A program made the translations under genes and the position numbers. Positions 1 to 9,487 of a DNA stretch of 64,000 nt are shown piece after piece. The notes below the pieces were generated by a model that searched no databases, was not told the origin of the DNA, and saw nothing but the letters and a program-made list of their open reading frames with translations. The stretch is from NCBI GenBank assembly GCA_963169855.1, contig CAUJCN010000002.1, positions 581,608 to 645,607 on the forward strand, written 5' to 3'. Source of the stretch: Patescibacteria group bacterium. GTDB lineage: Bacteria; Patescibacteriota; Dojkabacteria; J137. Position 1 is the first letter of the stretch; every line of letters begins with the position of its first letter.

Positions 1-2
1 AA

Positions 3-749
3 TTTATTAAAACTTTAGATAAAGTTTTATTCGCATGTTCTACAGAATTAACTCCTGGAAAAGTTCATATGTCTGGAGTTTTAATCGAAGTAGAAGGTGA
101 AGAAATATCATTTGTAGGTTTAGATGGATTTAGACTCTCTAAAAGAACCGTAAAAGCAATCGAATTAAGTCAGTTAGAAAATCTTCCTCAAGTAATTGTT
201 CCCGCAAAGTATTTAAGTGAATTAGCGAAAATTGCTTCTGACGCATCTGATGTAGAAGAAGTTGTTGTTTATTTAAGTGATAACAGATCACAAATTATCT
301 TCAAGATGGAAGAAATAGAATTCAGTGTGAGATTATTAGAAGGACCATACTCTGATTATAAAAAAATTATGCCTGATTCAAATAGTTTTGCTTTTGAATT
401 CAAAAGAGGTGATATGGAAAATGCAATAAAAGTTGTAAGTACATTTGCTCGAAGTAATTTAAACTACAAAACTTTAGTTGATTTTGATGTTGAAAATAAA
501 AGTTTCAAAATGAGGTCTAGTGTTACAGACATTGGAGATAATGAAACTGAAGTTGAGTTACTAAGCTCGGAGGCAACAACAGATTTGAATGTGGCATACA
601 ACCTAAAGTATCTTCAGGACATTGTTAATCATACAAAAGGAGATACATTAAGATTAGAAAGTAAAGGAGCTTTAACAGCTAATGTGTTTAAGGATAGTTC
701 AGACGAAAAATTCATTCACATTTTAATGCCGTTAAGAAGAGATGCTTAA
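3..749 (+). CDS. dnaN: DNA polymerase III beta clamp (5' truncated by window)
   Basis: Frame open from nt 3; DGFRLS, RLLEGPYSDYKKIMP, AYNLKYL and C-terminal ILMPLR are beta-clamp motifs. Confidence 0.95.
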   Translation, partial: FIKTLDKVLFACSTELTPGKVHMSGVLIEVEGEEISFVGLDGFRLSKRTVKAIELSQLENLPQVIVPAKYLSELAKIASDASDVEEVVVYLSDNRSQIIFKMEEIEFSVRLLEGPYSDYKKIMPDSNSFAFEFKRGDMENAIKVVSTFARSNLNYKTLVDFDVENKSFKMRSSVTDIGDNETEVELLSSEATTDLNVAYNLKYLQDIVNHTKGDTLRLESKGALTANVFKDSSDEKFIHILMPLRRDA

Positions 750-1776
750 ACTTCGACCTTTAGAAAAAGGGGAGGAAAGCCTTTGGGAACAGATTAATTT
801 AGAATCACCAATGGGTACTTTCCTCACTTCCATTTACTGGATGAGCTTCGCAGCTGAATACAGAGGAACAGGTGTAGACGCTTTTTTCATTGTTGATCAA
901 AGTAACAAGCCTGTTGGAATTATTCCAATTGAAATTAGTAGTAGAAGATTCTCTCGAGTTGGTTTTACAAACTATAGTCCTGTATTACTTTCAGAATCTC
1001 TTGTACCAGAAGCACTTCTAGCAATCAAAGCTTACTTCGCTTCATATCTAAAAGAGAACGGATTATTCGCATTAAGAGTTCATCCTTTCATAAAAGTTAA
1101 TACCGAAGAATCAGCAAAAATTGAAAAATTTCAAAAATCATTAGCACCATCTCAAGCAAGAATAATGTGGGAGATTGATTTAACAAAACCAGAAGAAGCA
1201 ATTCGCCACGCTATGAGTTCTTCAACTCGAAACAATATCAACAAAGGTGAAAGATTAGGATTGCATTTTGAAAAAGTTGTTGATGAAAACGGTGTAAAAG
1301 ATTTTGCTGAATTGATGTCGGAAACAATGTCGCGAAAAGGTTTTGTAAATTATGGAGTTGAATATTTTCTAAAACAAAACGAACGTTTAGGAAAAAGAGG
1401 AATGACTGAAATTTACCTAGTAAGAAAAGAAGGTAGGGCATTAGCGGGAGCTTTGGTAAATGTTTACAAAGATACTGCTTACTACACTCACGGTGCATCA
1501 ACTTCTGATAAAGAACTTTCGAAACTGAGAACTCCATATTTTCTTCAGTGGAAATTAATGACTGAATACAAATCTCGAGGAATTAAAAAATACAATATGT
1601 GGGGAGTTGCTCCACAAGGTAAAAAATCTCCAATTTCTGGAGTAAGTGATTTTAAGAGAAGTTTCGGCGGATATGAAGTAGAATTAGTAAATCCTATAGA
1701 TTTTTATAAAGGTCCGATTAGTAAAATCAGACAGCGTCTATACGATTACTTTATATACCGAAACGATCGATTCTAA
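742..1776 (+). CDS. FemAB/FemX-family peptidoglycan bridge aminoacyltransferase
   Basis: TRNNINKG, YYTHGAS, YFLQW, YNMWG and FKRSFGG motifs. Confidence 0.88.
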   Translation: MLKLRPLEKGEESLWEQINLESPMGTFLTSIYWMSFAAEYRGTGVDAFFIVDQSNKPVGIIPIEISSRRFSRVGFTNYSPVLLSESLVPEALLAIKAYFASYLKENGLFALRVHPFIKVNTEESAKIEKFQKSLAPSQARIMWEIDLTKPEEAIRHAMSSSTRNNINKGERLGLHFEKVVDENGVKDFAELMSETMSRKGFVNYGVEYFLKQNERLGKRGMTEIYLVRKEGRALAGALVNVYKDTAYYTHGASTSDKELSKLRTPYFLQWKLMTEYKSRGIKKYNMWGVAPQGKKSPISGVSDFKRSFGGYEVELVNPIDFYKGPISKIRQRLYDYFIYRNDRF

Positions 1777-2690
1777 TGTTTACTGAAAACATACCTACCC
1801 AGAATTTCTTTAATTCTCAATATTGGAAAGAAGTAAGAAAAAGAACTGGTAACAAAATTGTGGATGTTAACGATAATCTTTGGATTCAATGTACAAAGAT
1901 TCCATACTTAAATTACTTTGGAGGATACATTCCAAGAGCAGATATCTCAGAAATTAATTTCGAGGAGCTTAAAGAAGTTTCTAAAAGAGAAAACATATTC
2001 TTTGTAAAAATAGATCCCAAAAATTCGAATCAAGATTCAAAAGCCAATTTTCGAGCTTCGAACTTCAAACTTCGAACTTCACTTCCAGTACAGTACCAAC
2101 ACACAACCGTAATTAACCTAGAACAAAGTTACGAAGAGTTTTTAGCAAGTTTAAAAAGTAAGCATCGATACAACCTTAAAGTTGCCGAAAAAAACGGCGT
2201 TAGTGTCGAAATTAGCGACTCAAATGAAGCGCTCGATACTTTCCTAGACCTCTACAAAAAAACGACTTTAAGACAGGGTTATACTGGAAGATCTGCAGAA
2301 TATTTAAAAACAGTTTTCGAAACTTTAAAAGAATTTAATAAAGATTTAGTTTATATAGCTACGGCTAAATTTGAAGGAAGAGCAGTTTCATCTTGGATGT
2401 TAGTTTTATACGAAGATACAATTATTTATCCTTATGGTGGTTCTTCAGACGAAAATAGAAATGTAATGGCAACTTACAAATTAGTTTCGGAAATTTTCAA
2501 TTGGGGAAAATCAAAAGGTAAAAAATATTTCGACATGTTTGGTATCGATGCAAAAAATCCTGAAGATGGTTACTCAAGATTTAAGTTAGGTTTTGGAGGA
2601 GAGTATGTAACTTTCGCAGATACTAAAGATATTGTTTTTAATAAATTCATTTACTTCTTCTATAAAATTTGGGAGAAGTTTGCTAGATAA
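1776..2690 (+). CDS. FemAB/FemX-family aminoacyltransferase (second paralog)
   Basis: KHRYNLKVA, YPYGGS, FDMFG and FKLGFGG motifs; TAATG coupling. Confidence 0.88.
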   Translation: MFTENIPTQNFFNSQYWKEVRKRTGNKIVDVNDNLWIQCTKIPYLNYFGGYIPRADISEINFEELKEVSKRENIFFVKIDPKNSNQDSKANFRASNFKLRTSLPVQYQHTTVINLEQSYEEFLASLKSKHRYNLKVAEKNGVSVEISDSNEALDTFLDLYKKTTLRQGYTGRSAEYLKTVFETLKEFNKDLVYIATAKFEGRAVSSWMLVLYEDTIIYPYGGSSDENRNVMATYKLVSEIFNWGKSKGKKYFDMFGIDAKNPEDGYSRFKLGFGGEYVTFADTKDIVFNKFIYFFYKIWEKFAR

Positions 2691-2704
2691 ATCTAGTTAA
2701 GCTA

Positions 2705-2732
2705 CAAATTCCAATCTTCAAATTTCAAATAA
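2705..2732. repeat. 7-nt-period array upstream of four-helix-bundle gene
   Basis: CAAATTC CAATCTT CAAATTT CAAATAA. Confidence 0.7.
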
Positions 2733-2782
2733 TTGTATTACGTTACAATGCATCTTCTGCTGCATACTAATATTATTCAGTT

Positions 2783-3114
2783 ATGAAATATGATCTAGAA
2801 GAGAGAACTTTAAAATTCGCAATTAATGTTAGAAAGTTTGTAACTACAATAAAATATTCGAGTTACTACATAGATGACATTCGTCAGTTAATAAGATCTT
2901 CTGGTTCAATAGGTGCAAATTACATGAGGCGAATAGATCTTTAGGGAAAAATGACTTCTTTATGAAAATTAGGATATCAAGAAAAGAATCTTCAGAAACA
3001 AAATACTGGGCAAAGATATTACTACATACGCAAGGCTCCAGTATGTTTGCTGAGATAGCTAAAGAAGCTGAAGAACTAGAAAAGATTTTTGGAAGTATTC
3101 AATCAAGAAAATAA
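2783..3114 (+). pseudogene. Four-helix-bundle (23S rRNA IVP/bAvd-like) gene with 1-nt deletion
   Basis: MKYDLEERTLKFA...QLIRSSGSIGANY, then in the shifted frame EANRSLGKNDFFMKIRISRKESSETKYW...; 332 nt = 111 codons minus 1; shift at ~2924-2926; absent from ORF track. Confidence 0.88.
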
Positions 3115-3123
3115 TTACTTTTT

Positions 3124-3150
3124 AGATTTGTTTTTTGAAGCTTGAAATTT
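3124..3150. repeat. Inverted 7-nt-period array downstream of four-helix-bundle gene
   Basis: TTG ends at 3130, 3137 and 3144; reverse complement reads CAAGCTT CAAAAAA CAAATCT. Confidence 0.6.
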
Positions 3151-3155
3151 TTATC

Positions 3156-4346
3156 CTAAATTTCTGTAGTCAACCAGCCGGCTACCCAACCAGTAACGCC
3201 ATTACTCAAAGTAATTCTAAGTAATCCATTTCCAGCATCTTCTTCTACAATAAATCTTTCTCCACTAGAAGCTCTTCCAATTTCTGTCGCTGCAGTAGAT
3301 GCTTCTGAGCGTACTCTTAAATATCCAAGTTCAGTATCGTTAATTTGGATAATTCTTTTTCCACCCTTATCAACAGTCATTCTTAAAGTGAAATTGTTTG
3401 TACTAACTTTCGTTCCTAAAAGATTAGTAACAACAAAATTTTCTGCAATTTCTCCAGAAGCTAGCGGAGCAGAAACTGTAAATGGAACAGTGGTTTCTAC
3501 ACCAGGTCCAATCTGCGTCACATCATTCATTAATCCAAACTGACTTTGAGATAGCCATGTTGTTGGAGTGTAGAACAAACTTAAATTTCCGCCTTCTTTG
3601 GTAGCAATTATTTCTGAATTGGTATCGATGTAAATTGTGCTTGTTCCAGTATTTTTAAATTTCAAACTTCCAGAAACACTTTCTCCCACAACAACTTGTT
3701 CTTTATCAAGTGTTGCAGATAATACTTCCACTGAATAAACTTTGTTGCTTGGTCTTACGTTTCCTCTAATATGATTTCTAATAGTTTCAATTGAACTATC
3801 CCAATTTCCTTCCGTAACATTAATTTCCATCTTTACAGTATTGTTTGCAACATCTTTTACAAAGTTGAGATCCCTAATGATCACATTGTCAGGACTTATA
3901 TAGTTGTTGTTAGAAACTTCTGAAGATAACTCCATTAAAGAATTCAGTCCTCTTTGGTCAAAAGTATTAACGTTTTTGTTTGTTACATATCCAATTAAAA
4001 CGAAATTTCCACTAGCGTTATTGAAAGACAATTGGCTTTCGTCTCCAGCTTGATTTCCTTTGTAAACTGTTCCATCGGCAGTAACTATGTAGTGAAATGG
4101 AATGTCTGGAAATCCAAGCTTATCAATTGTGTAGTAAAAAAGACCTTTTATGCTTTCTTTGTAATCAGTTTCATCAATAAACATTGGAACAATAGCCACT
4201 GCATTTGGAAGCACAAAAGTATCAGCTTCCGATCTTATTGATGTATCAAGTGAAATATTATCCAAAGATGATGTTGTGTATGCTTTTACGCCAGTCATAT
4301 TCAGGGCGAAAACAGTCAAGATTGTGAACAATACTAATTTTTTCAT
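3156..4346 (-). CDS. Secreted amidase_2/PGRP-like + Ig-like + SH3b protein
   Basis: Signal peptide; LGFPDIPFHYIVTADGTVYKG; KFKNTG Ig-like motif; LRVRSEAS...GWVAG SH3b. Confidence 0.7.
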   Translation of the reverse strand: MKKLVLFTILTVFALNMTGVKAYTTSSLDNISLDTSIRSEADTFVLPNAVAIVPMFIDETDYKESIKGLFYYTIDKLGFPDIPFHYIVTADGTVYKGNQAGDESQLSFNNASGNFVLIGYVTNKNVNTFDQRGLNSLMELSSEVSNNNYISPDNVIIRDLNFVKDVANNTVKMEINVTEGNWDSSIETIRNHIRGNVRPSNKVYSVEVLSATLDKEQVVVGESVSGSLKFKNTGTSTIYIDTNSEIIATKEGGNLSLFYTPTTWLSQSQFGLMNDVTQIGPGVETTVPFTVSAPLASGEIAENFVVTNLLGTKVSTNNFTLRMTVDKGGKRIIQINDTELGYLRVRSEASTAATEIGRASSGERFIVEEDAGNGLLRITLSNGVTGWVAGWLTTEI

Positions 4347-5257
4347 ATGTTCAATAAGTATAATGTTAATCCAGTCTTGTAATCAAGTTCTCCAGATTTT
4401 ATCGCGGTGTCTAAGTCGAAAAGTTTATCAGCCATCTTCTCAATTTCTTTCCAAGAACTTCTTTCTGCCATTGTTTTTGCAGAACTTAAAGGTTTTGGTT
4501 TTATATTCAGTGAAGACAAATCCATTCTTTTCTCTACAAAGTATTTTACTCTGTAAGTATTAGAAATTTGCCAATCGATCATTGTAATTAAAAATTGAGA
4601 AATATCACTCACAGAAGAAATTTCTAAAAATTCTTTTGCAGCTTCAACTTTTTTCTTGTTCGCAAAATTTTCTAGAATATCCCAAATTTCGGTATCAATA
4701 TCTTTGGTCAAAAGTTCTTTCAATTCTGCGTCCGATAAATCATTTTTATTCTGACTTTCTAAATACAATGCTATTTTCTCAACCTCATTTATGAACATGT
4801 TTTTATCTAGGTTGTGATTGTTTGCAATCTTCTCAACGTGAATAGGGGAGAGCTTTACACCAATAACTTTAACTTGATCCATGAACCAACTTCTCATTTT
4901 TGAGTAACTATTGAAGAAGGGAATTTCGTATTTTATAGATTCAGCTTCTTTTTCAATTGTTTTTCCTATCTTTGTTTCCTCCCACAAAATTATGTCGTAA
5001 GTTTTTACACTATTGATATTTTCCTCAAAGTATTTCAAAAGACGTTTGTTGCTAGAAAGTCTTTTCAGAAGCAAAACGTATCCTGAAGAAAACATATCAA
5101 CTCCCTCAAGGTATTGTGTAAATTCACTAGGTTCATTGATTGAATCACTTTCAATTATTTTTATTTCTTTTTTATTAGCAGACGCAAGATTTGAAGCGAG
5201 TAATTTCGCTGCTTTGTAGCTCTCGTATCTGTCGTTTCCGTAAAAAAGATAAATCAT
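4343..5257 (-). CDS. holA: DNA polymerase III delta subunit
   Basis: MIYLFYGND, NEVEKIALY, DLDTAIKSG. Confidence 0.85.
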   Translation of the reverse strand: MIYLFYGNDRYESYKAAKLLASNLASANKKEIKIIESDSINEPSEFTQYLEGVDMFSSGYVLLLKRLSSNKRLLKYFEENINSVKTYDIILWEETKIGKTIEKEAESIKYEIPFFNSYSKMRSWFMDQVKVIGVKLSPIHVEKIANNHNLDKNMFINEVEKIALYLESQNKNDLSDAELKELLTKDIDTEIWDILENFANKKKVEAAKEFLEISSVSDISQFLITMIDWQISNTYRVKYFVEKRMDLSSLNIKPKPLSSAKTMAERSSWKEIEKMADKLFDLDTAIKSGELDYKTGLTLYLLNI

Positions 5258-5844
5258 TAGAAAACTTTTGGATTAAAATTAATTAAGAGAGAAATTTCAC
5301 CTTCTTTAATCATCATATTTTTCAGTTGAACACCTTCGACATTTTCAAATATGAATGAGTCTAGAGTTGTTCCCGATAATGCTCTTTTTACAACACCTTC
5401 CAACAATCCAGAAATGAATCCTGGGAATTGTATTTTTCCTAAACCAGTCTTTTTTATAGATAAATTCTGACTATCTGTTTCTAATTCTAAATATGCAAAG
5501 ACAGGTTTATCGTCAATTCTGTAAAGTAGAGTAGCATTATTTGGATGCAAATCAAAAAAGATATTTGGAGCACTCATTTGGTGCTGAACCAAATAACTTA
5601 AATCACTTTCAGATAAAGTAACAACGTTTTCTCCGACACCTGTAATCTGATTGTTCAGTGATTCAACAATTTCTGAATATTCACGATGACTAGTATCAAC
5701 TTGAATCGAATCATCATAAACAGCGTCAGCTATTTTATCCCAGATAGCTGCTGGTCTAAAAATCAGAATAACTACACAAGCTATACAGCAGAAAAAAAAG
5801 AGAATGAAAAAACACCCAATAGTTTTGAATAAGTTAGCAACCAT
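5257..5844 (-). CDS. Membrane-anchored hypothetical protein
   Basis: 195-aa ORF with N-terminal Cys-rich TM segment. Confidence 0.6.
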   Translation of the reverse strand: MVANLFKTIGCFFILFFFCCIACVVILIFRPAAIWDKIADAVYDDSIQVDTSHREYSEIVESLNNQITGVGENVVTLSESDLSYLVQHQMSAPNIFFDLHPNNATLLYRIDDKPVFAYLELETDSQNLSIKKTGLGKIQFPGFISGLLEGVVKRALSGTTLDSFIFENVEGVQLKNMMIKEGEISLLINFNPKVF

Positions 5845-5860
5845 AGTAACATTATACTGT

Positions 5861-6517
5861 ATGAAATATTCATTTATAAGTTTAATCGTCGGTATTATTT
5901 TAATTGTTGGGGCATTTTTAATTCTTCAGCGAGGAAACGTTTCTCCGTTTAAAGTAAGCCAACTTCAAGAACTAATTAACGAGAATCAGATTGGAGAAAA
6001 TGATTACGAGTTATTCGAAGAAAAAATTGATGAACTGATCGCAAATGGCCAAATCGAAGTGTATCTTGAATCCTCTTCAGTTGTGATTTTTGTCTGCACC
6101 TTAGCTTTGGGAGTTGCTTTAGTGTTCTTTGGGATTCACTCAATTGTAGATAAACTTTTCTTCAAGAAATTCTTTGAGAAAGCTAATTTTCCTGTCGCAA
6201 TTAGAAGAGCATTGTTGTTTACTGGAGTTATTGTAGCGGGTTTAATTTTGAGATTCTACAGAGTGGAGTGGAACATGGTTGTTTTGTTAATACCATTATT
6301 TATAGTGATTGAATTGATTGTAGTTTACTTCTCTGCAGATAAATCCGAAGAAAGACCTCAAGAATTGCCTAAATTTACAGAAAAACCAGTCTTCGTAAAT
6401 ACAACAGCTGAGGATGGGCATATCTCAGGGAGAGAATTCGAAAACATAAGAAACTCTTATGAGGAAGAATTCGAAGAAGAAGATCAGAATGTCATAAAGG
6501 AAACATCGGAAGAATAA
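5861..6517 (+). CDS. Membrane hypothetical protein with acidic tail
   Basis: About 4 TM segments; ATG 5861 preferred over 5804 to avoid head-to-head overlap. Confidence 0.6.
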   Translation: MKYSFISLIVGIILIVGAFLILQRGNVSPFKVSQLQELINENQIGENDYELFEEKIDELIANGQIEVYLESSSVVIFVCTLALGVALVFFGIHSIVDKLFFKKFFEKANFPVAIRRALLFTGVIVAGLILRFYRVEWNMVVLLIPLFIVIELIVVYFSADKSEERPQELPKFTEKPVFVNTTAEDGHISGREFENIRNSYEEEFEEEDQNVIKETSEE

Positions 6518-7359
6518 TTTCTAATCGCTTCTTCCCCACCAACGAATAGAGTAGTAGCAAGACTGTCTGCAATAATCGCTTCCTTCGCTCGAATGAAAAC
6601 AGTTGCAAATTTGTTTTCAGGCACTCCGTTTGTAGGATTTATTAAATGATGAAATTGCTTTACTTTTCTTGCCCATCCACCAGAAGAAGCAAGGGCTTCG
6701 TTTTCAAGTTTTGTCATTCCTTTTAAAACTTTTTCTCCATTTTCAAAGCTATATAAACCTACTTCCCACAAAATATTCTTATCATTTTTTCCATTTGCAA
6801 TTAAATCTCCACCTCCATCAATCAGAAAATTTTCAAACCCATTCTTCATCAAGATGTCTTTTGATTGATCAAGTGCATAACCTTTTCCGCAACCACCAAG
6901 TTCAATTTTCTGACCTTTAACTAATTTCACCGAATGATTTTTCTCATCAAGCTCAATTTGATTTGCTGAGGCACGATTCTTTGCAATGTTAATCACCATT
7001 TGATCAAGAGAAGGATTTTCTAATTTAGAAAAATCATAATCCTTGTTGTAGCCGTAAATTTCTAAGAAATCAATAATGGTCGGATCAAAAACGCCGTTAG
7101 TATCTTTATTCAATTTCAACATAAACTGAATAAGTTTGAAAAATTCTTCAGAAACTTCCACCCATTCTCCAGAAGCTCTGTTCAGATTAGAAAGTTCACT
7201 GTCTTCGTTAAATCTTGTGAATTTTTTTACAATACGATCAAATTCTCCAAAGACTTCTTCAATTGCATCAAGAGTTTTTACTGTGTTTGGATTTTCTGAA
7301 ACAACATGAACAGTAATATCTGTATTCATGTATTTTTTTGTTCGAGAAGTTTTTGTCAT
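6484..7359 (-). CDS. apbE: FAD:protein FMN transferase
   Basis: MNT, RFNEDSELSNLN, FDPT, ELGGCGKGYALD, HHLINP, ADSLAT. Confidence 0.92.
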   Translation of the reverse strand: MTKTSRTKKYMNTDITVHVVSENPNTVKTLDAIEEVFGEFDRIVKKFTRFNEDSELSNLNRASGEWVEVSEEFFKLIQFMLKLNKDTNGVFDPTIIDFLEIYGYNKDYDFSKLENPSLDQMVINIAKNRASANQIELDEKNHSVKLVKGQKIELGGCGKGYALDQSKDILMKNGFENFLIDGGGDLIANGKNDKNILWEVGLYSFENGEKVLKGMTKLENEALASSGGWARKVKQFHHLINPTNGVPENKFATVFIRAKEAIIADSLATTLFVGGEEAIRNYSSDVSFMTF

Positions 7360-7483
7360 TAACTGATTATAAAATAGAAATAAGAAAACAGAAATTATAC
7401 GGTAATTTGTTAGCCTATTTCAAATAAGGATTTCGATCTTCATTCTTTCTCTGATATACTAAAGCTAGTTAACATAAACCTTT

Positions 7484-8083
7484 ATGCATACACTTCCTCA
7501 ATTAAAATACGCTTACGATGCTCTAGAACCTTTCATAGATGCCAAAACAATGGAGATTCATCATTCAAAACATCATCAAGCTTATGTGGATAATCTAAAC
7601 AAATTGCTAGATGGACACCCAGACTTGCAAGAAATGACAGTGGAAGAGCTGCTAATGGATGTAGACACATTGCCAGAAGATATTAAGCAAGGAGTAATCA
7701 ACAATGGGGGAGGACATGCAAACCATACATTTTTCTGGGAACTATTATCAAAAGAAGGAGATCGCGAACCAGAAGGAGAATTAATGGAAATGATAGTTTC
7801 TAGTTTTGACTCTTTCGAGAACTTCAAAAAAGTATTCACAGAAGCTGCGACTAAGCGATTCGGCAGTGGATGGGCCTGGTTAATTAGAGAAAATGGAGGT
7901 TTGAAAGTAATCTCAACTGCTAATCAAGATTCGCCAATAATGAACGGACAGCACGCTTTGTTGGGTGTAGATGTTTGGGAACATGCTTATTATCTAAAAT
8001 ATCAGAACAAAAGAGCTGAGTATCTAGAGAACTTCTGGAACGTAATTAACTGGAGAAGAGTAGAAGAAGAATTTCGAAAATAA
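7484..8083 (+). CDS. sodA: Mn/Fe superoxide dismutase (Mn-type signature)
   Basis: HHSKHHQAY, NNGGGHANH, FGSGWAW, DVWEHAYY. Confidence 0.95.
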   Translation: MHTLPQLKYAYDALEPFIDAKTMEIHHSKHHQAYVDNLNKLLDGHPDLQEMTVEELLMDVDTLPEDIKQGVINNGGGHANHTFFWELLSKEGDREPEGELMEMIVSSFDSFENFKKVFTEAATKRFGSGWAWLIRENGGLKVISTANQDSPIMNGQHALLGVDVWEHAYYLKYQNKRAEYLENFWNVINWRRVEEEFRK

Positions 8084-8101
8084 TATTTTTAAAACATATT
8101 T

Positions 8102-8287
8102 ATGACTGATTTATCATACGACGATCCAATCACAAGCGATCCAGACATGTTCTTAGCAGATAGAGTAGGCGAAGAAGAAACAGCTGAAACGCCATCCTAT
8201 GAGTATCCAAGAAAGAGTGCGACACCACAGCTAATCCTAGAGAGCAGATTTAATCACTTCGAAAGAAGCATCTTTAGAAACACTTAG
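8102..8287 (+). CDS. Small acidic hypothetical protein
   Basis: 61-aa ORF filling the gap after sodA; no family recognised. Confidence 0.35.
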   Translation: MTDLSYDDPITSDPDMFLADRVGEEETAETPSYEYPRKSATPQLILESRFNHFERSIFRNT

Positions 8288-8353
8288 GTCATCGTAATAA
8301 TCTCGTAAATTCATAGTGACGAGATATTAGCACGAAACCTTTATAAAGCAATG

Positions 8354-9484
8354 CTACTTGGAGTTTACAAACTTGTGCACAATATCGCTTTTGTAATCTA
8401 AAGCTAGCTCTTTGGACGGAGAATTGCTAATACATTCTTCAATCAAATCAGTAATTTGTTGTTTGAAAGTGATTCCACTAGCTTCCCATAAATAAAAAGA
8501 CATAGATCCAGGGATTGGGTTAATCTCCGTTAGATAAACCTGATCATCACTTAAAACCATAAAATCTATTCGAACCATTCCTTTGCATCGACATGCAGTA
8601 AAAGCTCTTTTTGCTAAATCGTTTATTTTATCCTGAAGTTTAACCGAAATTTTTGCAGGTAATTCTCTTTGAAGAGAGGCCATTCCGGATCCGGTTTTCT
8701 TTCCTCCTCGTTGATATTTGTCAGCAAAGCTAAGAATTTCATCTTGAGACATGGGTTTCTCAATTTCACTCGTTTCGATTTTTCCATAAATCATTCGAAC
8801 GGAAACGTTGTATTCTTTGAAATCCTTTACCAATTTTTCTACAAGAATTTCTGAATCTACATGGCTAGCTTCGATTAAAGCTTTTTCCAATTCTATCTCA
8901 GTTTTAGCAACAGAGATTCCAATGCTAGAGCCAAAATGTACTGGTTTAACAATCAATGGAAGTTTTAATTCTTCGATAAGTTGTTTTACTAAATCTTGAG
9001 AACTTTCCCTAATTGTTTTTGAGGAGACGCTAATACCTTCAACAACTGGAACTCCCATGCTAACAACAACATCTTTTGTTAATTGTTTGTTCATGCAGAT
9101 AAAAGAACTTTCTGCAGTTGTGCAAGTAAAAGGAATGTTTAAGCTCTCAAAAATAGATTGAACTTGTCCACCTTCGCCAAGTCCACCATGAAATGCAAAG
9201 TATGCGGCAGAAGGGTAGTACTTCTTTTTCCAAAAACCTCCCGCAGAAATGTAGCCACCTTTAGAATCTTTTCCAAATGAAATTTCAATTCCTTTGTTCT
9301 CATCGAAATCTTTTCTAGAATTCATTCCCCACAAATATTTAAACTCACCTTTTTTTGTAACGTAAATTACATGAGGAGTGTAAAGTTCTCGATCAATGTT
9401 TTCTACAACTTGAAGTCCAGTAATTATGGAAACTTCGTGTTCTGGAGAAACGCCTCCGAATAAAATCAAAATGTCTTTTTTCAT
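8354..9484 (-). CDS. ddl: D-alanine--D-alanine ligase
   Basis: FGGVSPEHEVS, HGGLGEGG, GSSIG, RIDF, EINPIPG. Confidence 0.93.
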   Translation of the reverse strand: MKKDILILFGGVSPEHEVSIITGLQVVENIDRELYTPHVIYVTKKGEFKYLWGMNSRKDFDENKGIEISFGKDSKGGYISAGGFWKKKYYPSAAYFAFHGGLGEGGQVQSIFESLNIPFTCTTAESSFICMNKQLTKDVVVSMGVPVVEGISVSSKTIRESSQDLVKQLIEELKLPLIVKPVHFGSSIGISVAKTEIELEKALIEASHVDSEILVEKLVKDFKEYNVSVRMIYGKIETSEIEKPMSQDEILSFADKYQRGGKKTGSGMASLQRELPAKISVKLQDKINDLAKRAFTACRCKGMVRIDFMVLSDDQVYLTEINPIPGSMSFYLWEASGITFKQQITDLIEECISNSPSKELALDYKSDIVHKFVNSK

Positions 9485-9487
9485 AAG

